A DNA stretch of 64,000 nucleotides from Candidatus Multivoradales bacterium (GTDB lineage Bacteria > Acidobacteriota > Thermoanaerobaculia > Multivoradales > J023). A program made the position numbers and the translations under genes. The stretch lies in the NCBI GenBank assembly GCA_965248925.1, contig CBDFLE010000006.1, forward strand, positions 4,000,001 through 4,064,000, given 5' to 3'. A model generated the notes under the pieces. The model was not told the origin of the DNA. It was given only the letters and a program-made list of their open reading frames with translations, and made no database searches. This document shows, in pieces, positions 56,096 through 64,000 of the stretch (positions are counted from its first letter, which is position 1; each line of letters opens with the position of its first letter).

Positions 56096-59000
56096 TCAGT
56101 GTGGGGGGGCGAGGACGATGGCCTCGATCCCTGCCTGCCGCAATCGGAGGTTGAGGCTGACGATCTCTTGCCGCAGCTCTACCATGCTCGATTGGTGAAC
56201 CTCCACCGCTGCCGCCAACTGCTGAAAGACCAGCTGCTGGGCGTCGGTCGGTGGGTAGTCGGCTCTGGCGACCCCCCAAGCGAGCTGAGTCAGGCGAGCG
56301 GCCAGCAACCGCTTCCAGCGCAGGGTGTCTTGGCCAGCGCCAGTCAGGCGAAGGTCGAAGAAATGACCTTCTAGTTTTGCCAGGCGTCTGCTGAGCTGCT
56401 TGAGGTCGTCGGCGACGCCGTCGTCGCTATCGTCGCCCTGGGGGCTGTCTTGCAAGCGTTGGCCGAGGTCGATCAGCTGTTTGCGCGCCCATTCGACTTC
56501 GTTGATCAGCTCGGCCGAATGGCTGACTTGCTCGGCAATCTGCATCACCAGCTCGGTCTGCCGTTCAAGATCTTGGTCGCTGCCGCCGGTAGCAGGATCG
56601 CGGCGCAGCTCGAGTTCTTGGCTCCAGGTTTCGCTGCCCACCGTCAATCGGACGGTGTAGATGCCGGGTGGGGCTAACACCGCCATGCGACCACCGTCAC
56701 CCTGGGGTCGCCAGCCCTCGCTGGGCAGGGGTGTTTCGGGATTTTCAAGGGGCCGGGTGCGTAGGCGTACTTCGGGGGTATGCTGATGGTAGAGGTCCCA
56801 CCACAAACGGTGCAGGCCAGCCTCGCTCGACACCTCGTCCAATTCTCTAATCACCCCGCCTTCGGGGTCGAGGATTTCCAGGGTCACGCTCAGCGCCTCG
56901 GCCTTCTCGTCGTCGTTGGTGTTGTCGGCTGGCAAGTAATAGTGCAGCGAGGCGCCCTCGGGAGGGTTGCTGCCGGCGGCCGGGTCATCGGGCTGGCTGA
57001 TGGGCTCTTCGCGAGTGCGGAAACGGTAGGCCGGGCGGGGCGCGAGCAGGGCGGGTTCGGTCGGTTCGCCGGAGTATTGGGCCAGGGGAGTCAGATCGTC
57101 GAGAATCCAAAAGCCGCGGCCGTAGGTGGCCACCACCAAGTCGTAGAAATGCTCTTGGACGGTCAGCCAATGAACCGGTGCTGGCGGCAGGTTCGATTGC
57201 AGCGGCTGCCACTGTCCGCCCCCATCGAAAGAGACATAAAGGCCGTTCTCGGTGCCCAGGTAGAGCAGCTCGGGCCGCCGCGGGTCTTCGCGCACGCAGT
57301 GGGCATAGCTGAAAACGCTTTCGGGGATGCCATCGGTGATCTTGCGCCAGCTCTGGCCGTAGTCGTCGGTGCGATAGACGTAGGGCTTGGTATCGCCAAG
57401 CTGGTGGCGGTCGACAGTGATCAAGCAGCTGCCGGCCCGGTGCGGCGAGGGCTCGACGTTGGAGATCGTGCCGAGTTCGGGCAAGGCGGGAATCCTCGCC
57501 GTGACGTTACGCCAGTTCTCGCCACCGTCGCGGCTCAGCTGTACTTGGCCGTCGTTGGTGCCGGCCCAGATCAAGCCCTCCTCGAGCTTTGACTCGGCCA
57601 GGGCGAAGATCACTGGCGCCAGGGAAGGGCCGGCGTCGTCGAGGGTCAGGCCGCCACTGCGCTGTTGCAGGGCCGGGTCGTCGGTGGTCAGGTCGGGGCT
57701 GATCGTCTGCCAGCTTTGGCCCCCATCAGTGGTGCGGTGGACGAACTGGCTGCCGACGTAGACCCGACCCGGATCGTGCGGTGAGATGACGATCGGATAG
57801 GTCCATTGGAAGCGGTACTTGAGCTCGGCCGCCGGCCAAGACTCGACTGCCATAGGCCACACACTGACGTTGCGCGCATGGCCGCTGCGGTGGTCGTAGA
57901 GTTCCAAGATGCCGTCGTAACAACCGGTCCAGACGGTGTCGGCGTCCCCCGGCGTGGGTAGGGTGAAACCGACCTCACAGCCGCCCAGGGTCTGCCAGGC
58001 GCCGATTGGAATCTCCTCGCCGGCGAGGAAGCGGGAAGGGCCGCGCAGCGCCGGGCCGTCCTGGCGATTGCCATAGACGAAGTAGGGGATCTGATCATCA
58101 ACTGCGACGTGGTACATCTGAGCGATCGGCAGCTGCGGCCGGCGCCAACTCTTGCCCCGGTTGGTGGAGATCGACACGCCGCCGTCGTGACCGACGATGC
58201 GCCGATCCGGCTGCTGGGGATCGATCCACATTACATGGTGATCCCAGCCCGGCCGTGACTCGGTGCTGGTCTTGCCACCATCGAGGGAAGTGCGGAACTC
58301 GACCGCCATGAAGTAGAGTTCGTCGCGGTCGTCCGGCGCCGCCGCCATCCGCGAGTAGTAGAGGGGGCGCTGTACCAGGCGGTTGTCGCGGCTCACCAGG
58401 CGCCAGTTCTTGCCGCCGTCGTCACTCGCCCAGAGCACTCCGGCGAAAGGATCGGACGGGGCGAAGTCGTGATTCGAGCTGGTTTCGATCAGCGCGTAGA
58501 TGCGCTGCGGGTCGGCGGCGGAGATCGCCAGGCCGATCTTGCCCCAGGGGGCCTCCGGCAGTCCGGGGCCGTTGAGCCGCTGCCAGCTGGTGCCGCTGTC
58601 GGTGCTCTTCCACAGACCGCTCTGCGGCCCGCCGCTCTGGCGACCCCAGGGCCAGATCACCATCTGCCAAGTGCCAGCGTAGAGCACCCGTGGGTTAGTC
58701 GGATCGATCACCAGATCCGAGGCACCGGCGTCGGCACCGGCGAATAGCACTCGTTGCCAGGTCTCGCCACCGTCGCCGGTGCGGTAGACACCGCGTTCTT
58801 CTTGCGGACCGTAGCAGTGGCCCAGAGCGGCTACCCAGGCGGTGTCGGGGTCTTTGGGGTGGACGACGATGCGGCCGATCCGGCCGCTGTTGTCGAGGCC
58901 ACGGTGCTGCCAGGTTTCACCGCCGTCGGTGGAGCGGTAGATGCCGTTGCCGATCGAGATGTTCGAGCGAATGAAGGTTTCGCCGGTACCGGCCCAGACC

Positions 59001-59338
59001 ACGTTGGGGTCTGAGGGCGCCACCGCCAAGGCGCCGATCGAGGATGCTGGCTGATCGTCAAAAGTGGGTCGCCAATGGACGCCGCCATCGTCGCTCTTCC
59101 ACACCCCGCCCGAGGCGGCGCCGGCAAAGTAGGTATTGGCATCGCCGGCTACCCCGGCCACCGCGCTCACCCGATTGCCGATGGGCCCGATATGGCGGAA
59201 TTTCAGCGAGTTGAAGAAGCCATCCGTTGGCGGCTGCTCAGCGGCCGCCAGGTGGGCCGGGAGTCCAGCGACCCACAGCGCGAGAAGAATAAGACCTGCA
59301 CGGGCGACTGATCGAACGCTGGAGCTGCAAGTTGCCAT
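56096..59338 (-). CDS. Second secreted VPS10/BNR-repeat protein
   Basis: FRHIGP, S.DGG.TW repeats, DHHVMWIDP, GNRQD. Confidence 0.9.
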   Translation of the reverse strand: MATCSSSVRSVARAGLILLALWVAGLPAHLAAAEQPPTDGFFNSLKFRHIGPIGNRVSAVAGVAGDANTYFAGAASGGVWKSDDGGVHWRPTFDDQPASSIGALAVAPSDPNVVWAGTGETFIRSNISIGNGIYRSTDGGETWQHRGLDNSGRIGRIVVHPKDPDTAWVAALGHCYGPQEERGVYRTGDGGETWQRVLFAGADAGASDLVIDPTNPRVLYAGTWQMVIWPWGRQSGGPQSGLWKSTDSGTSWQRLNGPGLPEAPWGKIGLAISAADPQRIYALIETSSNHDFAPSDPFAGVLWASDDGGKNWRLVSRDNRLVQRPLYYSRMAAAPDDRDELYFMAVEFRTSLDGGKTSTESRPGWDHHVMWIDPQQPDRRIVGHDGGVSISTNRGKSWRRPQLPIAQMYHVAVDDQIPYFVYGNRQDGPALRGPSRFLAGEEIPIGAWQTLGGCEVGFTLPTPGDADTVWTGCYDGILELYDHRSGHARNVSVWPMAVESWPAAELKYRFQWTYPIVISPHDPGRVYVGSQFVHRTTDGGQSWQTISPDLTTDDPALQQRSGGLTLDDAGPSLAPVIFALAESKLEEGLIWAGTNDGQVQLSRDGGENWRNVTARIPALPELGTISNVEPSPHRAGSCLITVDRHQLGDTKPYVYRTDDYGQSWRKITDGIPESVFSYAHCVREDPRRPELLYLGTENGLYVSFDGGGQWQPLQSNLPPAPVHWLTVQEHFYDLVVATYGRGFWILDDLTPLAQYSGEPTEPALLAPRPAYRFRTREEPISQPDDPAAGSNPPEGASLHYYLPADNTNDDEKAEALSVTLEILDPEGGVIRELDEVSSEAGLHRLWWDLYHQHTPEVRLRTRPLENPETPLPSEGWRPQGDGGRMAVLAPPGIYTVRLTVGSETWSQELELRRDPATGGSDQDLERQTELVMQIAEQVSHSAELINEVEWARKQLIDLGQRLQDSPQGDDSDDGVADDLKQLSRRLAKLEGHFFDLRLTGAGQDTLRWKRLLAARLTQLAWGVARADYPPTDAQQLVFQQLAAAVEVHQSSMVELRQEIVSLNLRLRQAGIEAIVLAPPH

Positions 59339-59477
59339 GGATCCCCCTGGGTGGTGGCCGGTTTAGCGTCGGCCGAGGTCAGAATCATAGCTTGCCGCTG
59401 CCAGCGTCGGGCAGATCTTCGGTCTGGACTGCTAGAGTCGTTGGCCGATCGCCAACCTTCGACCTTGGGAGAACACT

Positions 59478-60473
59478 GTGCCCTCTGCCAGCCGTCTTCA
59501 GCTTCCCATCCGCCCGCGCCGCAACCGTCGCACCGCCGCGCTTCGCAGTCTGGTGCGCGAGACCGTGTTGCAGCCCGCCGATTTGGTTCTGCCCCTGTTT
59601 TTGATCGGCGGGCAGAACCAGCGTCAGGCGGTGAAATCAATGCCCGGTGTCGATCGCTTGAGTGCCGATTTGCTGCTCGAAGAAGCTGCCCAAGCCCATC
59701 GCCTGGGCATTCTGGCGATTGCCCTATTCCCGGCCCTTGGAGATGAGTGCAAGGATCGGGTGGCTACTGAATCCACCAACGCTGAGGGGCTCCTGCAGCG
59801 CACTGTGCGGCAGCTCAAGCAAGAACTGCCAGAGTTGCTGGTGATCACCGATGTGGCGATGGATCCCTATTCCAGCGACGGGCACGATGGCTTGGTGTCA
59901 GACGAAGGGCTGATCCTCAACGATCCGACCCTCGAAATTCTCGCCGCGATGGCGGTGTCGCAAGCCGCAGCCGGTGCCGATATCGTGGCGCCTTCGGACA
60001 TGATGGACGGTCGGGTGGGGGCCATTCGCCAGGCTCTCGATCAGGCAGGTCATGAAGAGGTCGCCATCCTGGCCTATTCTGCCAAGTACGCCAGCTCGTT
60101 CTACGGTCCGTTTCGCGACGCTCTCGACTCAGCGCCCCGCCACGGCGACAAGAAGACCTACCAGATGGATCCGGCCAATGCCCGCGAAGCGCTGCGCGAG
60201 GTGCGGCTCGATGTCGCAGAAGGGGCCGATATCGTTATGGTCAAGCCGGCGTTGCCCTACCTCGATGTTGTCCACGCGGTGCGCCAGGCGGTCGAGGTGC
60301 CGGTGGCGGCCTACCAGGTCAGTGGCGAGTACGCGATGATCCAGGCCGCCGCCGAACGCGGCTGGATGGATGGCGAGGCACTGATGCTGGAGAGTCTCAC
60401 CGCCATCCGCCGCGCCGGTGCCGGCATAATCCTGACCTACTTTGCCCGCCGGGCGGCGGAGGTCCTGGGGTAG
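59478..60473 (+). CDS. hemB: Porphobilinogen synthase
   Basis: RPRRNR, DVAMDPYSSDGHDG, PSDMMDGR, YSAKYAS, MVKP, YQVSGEY. Confidence 0.97.
   Translation: MPSASRLQLPIRPRRNRRTAALRSLVRETVLQPADLVLPLFLIGGQNQRQAVKSMPGVDRLSADLLLEEAAQAHRLGILAIALFPALGDECKDRVATESTNAEGLLQRTVRQLKQELPELLVITDVAMDPYSSDGHDGLVSDEGLILNDPTLEILAAMAVSQAAAGADIVAPSDMMDGRVGAIRQALDQAGHEEVAILAYSAKYASSFYGPFRDALDSAPRHGDKKTYQMDPANAREALREVRLDVAEGADIVMVKPALPYLDVVHAVRQAVEVPVAAYQVSGEYAMIQAAAERGWMDGEALMLESLTAIRRAGAGIILTYFARRAAEVLG
60354..60473 (+). repeat. 120-bp direct repeat copy 1 (hemB 3' end)
   Basis: Matches 63687-63806 with 8 mismatches. Confidence 0.92.
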
Positions 60474-60479
60474 TGCGCC

Positions 60480-60692
60480 ATGAGTGACATCCTCAAGCAA
60501 GTGACCGACAGCTACCGCGAGGATTTGCAAGACTCCGAGCAAAGTCCAGCTGTTGTTCTGCAAGACACTGGGTTCGTGGCCAGCTTCAAAGCTGAGACGG
60601 ATCTTTCCAGCGCCTACAAAGAATCTGTTCGCGGAATCGTCCTGAGCAAGCGGTTCAGAACGCCAACTCGTAAGTCGGATTCTCTACGGTGA
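60480..60692 (+). pseudogene. Possible antitoxin-like fragment
   Basis: LQDTGFVASFKAETDLSSAYK recalls C-termini of CopG-type antitoxins; N-terminal part appears missing. Confidence 0.3.
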
Positions 60693-61149
60693 AAGTCAGT
60701 GTGCGGTGGTCATCAGCCGTGTCCAGTACGACGGTGTTGATCTGTCGTTTCGAGAGGGCGAAGAATACTCGGTTCGCTAGCCTGCAATTGCCGAAGTCGG
60801 CCGGCGCGGCGAGTTCGAAGTAGAGCCAAACTTGCTTGGTTTCTAACTCAATCCCGAGCCATTGGAGAGTGCTCTTCCGTTCGCCGCAGTGCAATTCGAA
60901 AACTTCGCTCAGGTAAGCGGCAAGGTGTTCTTCTAACCCCTCTTCCCGCTCGAGGATCAGTCGCCTGCCGAGGTATTGAGCAAGGGCCGCTTCGAGATCC
61001 TCTGGCCGGGTCCGCAGGGCGATTTCGAGGTGGCCGGTGGCGGGGTTGTACTTGGCCTCTGCGACAGTGGTGTGGTAGGGGTGGGCGACTGCCGGGCTGG
61101 CGGTTAGGAGCAGAAGCAGCACGGTCACCGGACGCAGCGCCTTAGCCAT
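60655..61149 (-). CDS. Secreted DUF6702-like protein
   Basis: AVA|HPYHTTVAE..YN..LEI..DLE, VWLYFE, QIN; coupled to the M1 peptidase. Confidence 0.75.
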   Translation of the reverse strand: MAKALRPVTVLLLLLTASPAVAHPYHTTVAEAKYNPATGHLEIALRTRPEDLEAALAQYLGRRLILEREEGLEEHLAAYLSEVFELHCGERKSTLQWLGIELETKQVWLYFELAAPADFGNCRLANRVFFALSKRQINTVVLDTADDHRTLTFTVENPTYELAF

Positions 61150-63526
61150 CGCCCTTCTTCTTCGTCCCCTCGCCCTGACCCGCTTGACGCATCGGGTTGG
61201 GGGTCGAGTGTTCGTCTTCTTTGAACAGCTGGAAGCGACTCTTGACCACCCGGCGAGGGAAGTAGTTGTTTTCAATGTCGGTGTCGGCGGTCTCCCAATG
61301 GGGGTCGAGGACGATCGAACGGACGGCCTTGCGAGTCAGCAGGAGTTGGTCTACATGGTCGGCATGTCGGCGCCAGATCTCGGCCGGGATGCGCAGTTCT
61401 TGCTCGCTGCCGTCTTCGAAAGTGATCGCCAGGATCACCGGCATCACCAGGCCGCCGAGATTGTCGAGTTTGACGACGTAGACGTGATGTTCGGTGTCGA
61501 GCAAATTGCGTTCCCAGTCTTCAAGTTCCAGGCCGGCGAGCTGCTTCTTGAAGTGTTCGCGGTCCCAATCGCTGACTTCGAGCTCGTCCCAATCATTGTA
61601 GAAATCCTTCAGTCGTGGTTCGCGGTCGACACGTTTGGACAGGGGCTGGTTGCGCTCTCGGGACAGAGTCTGTGGTTCGGCCTCTCGCTCGGCCCGCAAC
61701 CGGCCTTTGTCGATCTCGGCATTGTAGGTCTCAAGGGTGTATTCGCGGACTTCGTTGATCGCCAGATCGACATGGTCGGTGGTGTAGAACCAGCCGCGCC
61801 AAAACCAATCGAGATCGATCCCCGAAGCATCCTCCATGGTGCGGAAGAGGTCCGCTGGCATCGGTCGTTTGAAGCGCCAGCGGCGGGCGTACTCCCTGAA
61901 CGCAAAGTCGAACAGTTCACGGCCAAGAACGGTCTCGCGCAGGATGTTGAGCGCTGTCGCCGGCTTGGCGTAGGCGTTGTTGCCGAATTGCAGCAGCGAT
62001 TCCGAGTTGGTCATGATCGGCACTTGGTTGTCGCTCGTCATGTACTCGACGATGTCTTTGGGTTCGCCGCGCCGCGACGGGTACTTCTCTTCCCACTCTT
62101 GCTCGGCGAGGTACTGCAAGAAGGTGTTGAGACCTTCGTCCATCCAGGTCCACTGGCGTTCGTCGGAGTTGACGATCATCGGAAAGTAATTGTGGCCGAC
62201 CTCGTGGATGATCACTGAGATCAGGCCGTACTTTGATCGCCGCCAGTATTTATCGCCTCGTTTCTTGTCCCAATAAGTTCCATCCTCGTAGGGGCGGGGT
62301 CCGTTGAAACAGATCATCGGATATTCCATGCCGCCCACCGGTCCGTTGACCGAGATCGCTACCGGATAGGGATAGGTGAAGGTGTAGCGCGAGTAGACAT
62401 CCAGCGTGTGGATGATCGAGGCGGTGGAGAAGCGGCTCCACAATGGCTCGGCCTCGTTCGGATAGAGGGACATGGCCAGCACCCGCTGGTCGTCGACCTG
62501 GTGTCCCTGAGCATCCCAGATGAACTTGCGCGAGCTGGTGAAAGCGAAGTCGCGGACGTTCTCAGCGCGGTAGATCCAGGTTTTTTTGCCGCTTGCCGGG
62601 GTCCTCTCGTTGGCTTTGGCTTCCTCCGGCGTGACGATGAAAACCGGCTGGCTCGCTTGCCAAGCCCGCTTCAAGCGTTGACGCTGGACCTCGCTCAAGA
62701 CTTCTTCCGGGTTCTGCAGTTCGCCGGTGGCGGCGACGACGTGGTCCTCTGGCACGGTCAGGCGCACCAGGTAATCGCCGAGTTCGAGGGTGAACTCGCC
62801 GTTGCCGATGAACTGCTTGTGCTGCCAGCCGTTGACATCGGTGTAGGCGGCGACGCGCGGGAACCATTGGGCGATCTCGTAAAGATAGTTGCCGTCGTCG
62901 TCGAAGAACTCCCAACCGGAGCGACCACCGATATCGACCGCGTCGTTGATGGCAAAACTCCAGTCGACTTGGAAAGTGAGCTGCTGTCCAGGTTCGAGGG
63001 GGGTCGGCAAGTCGAGGCGCAGCATGGTCTTGACCACGGTGTAGTCGAGGGGCTGACCCGCGCCGTCGACCAGACGGTGGATCTCGACGCCGCCATCGAA
63101 CTTCTCCAGTGCCAGCAGCCGGCGCAGCTTCTTGTAAGCGAATTCGTCGAAATCTGGAATCTTGGCGACTAGCAGACCGGCGGCGTCGTCGGCGTAGAGG
63201 TTGGGGTCGAGCTGTAACCACAGGTAGCGTAGGGTATCTGGTGAGTGGTTGCTGTAGATCACGGTTTCCGAGCCGGTCAGCCGTTGCTCGACATCGTCCA
63301 GTTCGGCATCGATCACGTAGTCGGCGCGCTGTTGCCAGTATTGCGGCCCGGGCGCGCCGGAGGCGGTGCGGTAGACCGTGGGGCTCGGCAGAATCTCTTC
63401 GAGCTGGCGAAACTTGTCGTCTGAGGAATCCTGCGCCAGGAGGCTAGTGGCAGGGAGTGCCAGGTAGGCCATGAGGCAGAGGCAGGCGCGGCGAATTCTG
63501 GAGGTCGAAGGGGAGGCTGCGGTCAT
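61142..63526 (-). CDS. Secreted M1-family aminopeptidase
   Basis: GGMEYP, HEVGH-x18-E (WMDEG), NAYAKP. Confidence 0.92.
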   Translation of the reverse strand: MTAASPSTSRIRRACLCLMAYLALPATSLLAQDSSDDKFRQLEEILPSPTVYRTASGAPGPQYWQQRADYVIDAELDDVEQRLTGSETVIYSNHSPDTLRYLWLQLDPNLYADDAAGLLVAKIPDFDEFAYKKLRRLLALEKFDGGVEIHRLVDGAGQPLDYTVVKTMLRLDLPTPLEPGQQLTFQVDWSFAINDAVDIGGRSGWEFFDDDGNYLYEIAQWFPRVAAYTDVNGWQHKQFIGNGEFTLELGDYLVRLTVPEDHVVAATGELQNPEEVLSEVQRQRLKRAWQASQPVFIVTPEEAKANERTPASGKKTWIYRAENVRDFAFTSSRKFIWDAQGHQVDDQRVLAMSLYPNEAEPLWSRFSTASIIHTLDVYSRYTFTYPYPVAISVNGPVGGMEYPMICFNGPRPYEDGTYWDKKRGDKYWRRSKYGLISVIIHEVGHNYFPMIVNSDERQWTWMDEGLNTFLQYLAEQEWEEKYPSRRGEPKDIVEYMTSDNQVPIMTNSESLLQFGNNAYAKPATALNILRETVLGRELFDFAFREYARRWRFKRPMPADLFRTMEDASGIDLDWFWRGWFYTTDHVDLAINEVREYTLETYNAEIDKGRLRAEREAEPQTLSRERNQPLSKRVDREPRLKDFYNDWDELEVSDWDREHFKKQLAGLELEDWERNLLDTEHHVYVVKLDNLGGLVMPVILAITFEDGSEQELRIPAEIWRRHADHVDQLLLTRKAVRSIVLDPHWETADTDIENNYFPRRVVKSRFQLFKEDEHSTPNPMRQAGQGEGTKKKGDG

Positions 63527-63686
63527 CGGGGGTCCTCACAAGCGCTGGCGGTCCGTTGTCCATGGATCTTAGAGTGCGATGGGGGTCGAGAATCGTTGGC
63601 TGAGTTTAGCCCTTAGGCTGGTGCCGGCGAATTCCGCTTCGAGGATGCGTTGATTGGGTCCGTCCTCGTATCAGCTTCCCAGTAGT

Positions 63687-63806
63687 GAACGCGGTTGGAT
63701 GGATGGCGAGGCACTGATGCTGGAGAGTCTCACCGCCATCCGCCGCGCCGATGCCGACATGATCCTGACCTACTTCGCTCGCCGGGCGGCAGAGGTTCTG
63801 GGGTAG
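63687..63806 (+). repeat. 120-bp direct repeat copy 2 (displaced hemB 3' end)
   Basis: Encodes [39 protein letters not shown]. Confidence 0.92.
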
Positions 63807-63828
63807 TTATCGACTTGCTGTAGATAGG

Positions 63829-64000
63829 CTATCGATCGAGGACTTCGATGTCATGGAGCGCCTCGGCGGGTGTCTTGGCGGGAATAGGTGAGCGACGGTA
63901 GTCCTTCAGGTTGCGGGTTGTGATTAGGGTCGCGCCGCAGGCTCTCGCTGCTGCCACTTGCAGAGCGTCTTCGAAATCTCTCATATCCAGGCTGCTGGCA
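63829..64000 (-). CDS. PIN-domain protein, 3' end only
   Basis: Manual translation: DFEDALQVAAARACGATLITTRNLKDY..TPAE*. Confidence 0.8.
   Translation of the reverse strand, partial: ASSLDMRDFEDALQVAAARACGATLITTRNLKDYRRSPIPAKTPAEALHDIEVLDR

Noticed and set aside
23788-59338. Recent duplication of the two VPS10/BNR genes
   Set aside because: Protein motifs are shared but the sequences are well diverged; looks like an old multi-copy family.

Overview
GC-rich bacterial chromosomal segment. Gene content (VPS10/BNR proteins, ECF/Ser-Thr kinase remnants, signal-peptide Rhs, FADGFE-tailed secreted proteins, IPTL-CTERM) suggests an Acidobacteriota/Thermoanaerobaculia-like organism; this is inference only. 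Housekeeping and metabolic genes: selD fusion, ABC1/UbiB kinase, dnaE, TAXI-TRAP transporter, sodN, amidohydrolase pair, modABC, multicopper oxidase, hemB, M1 peptidase. An accessory block at about 13-23.5 kb holds a secreted FG-GAP protein, a transposase remnant, an intact IS3-family element, a group II intron 3' remnant and a small secreted protein / Rhs toxin / immunity operon. Best leads: (1) a Sec-signal Rhs toxin preceded by a small Ig-like protein whose C-terminal [IL]FADGFETG..S.W tail is shared with an unrelated secreted protein (possible sorting/tethering system); (2) an unlisted 33-aa Tyr/Cys-rich peptide with a hairpin-occluded RBS converging on tandem AraC-TPR regulators; (3) a beta-CASP nuclease-LOG fusion missed by the ORF track; (4) a lysine-less lipoyl-like domain inside a TRAP permease; (5) a 120-bp duplication of the hemB 3' end bracketing 3.2 kb; (6) signalling pseudogenes shortened by in-frame deletions. 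No rRNA, tRNA or CRISPR array was seen. All family calls come from reading motifs by eye, not from database searches.
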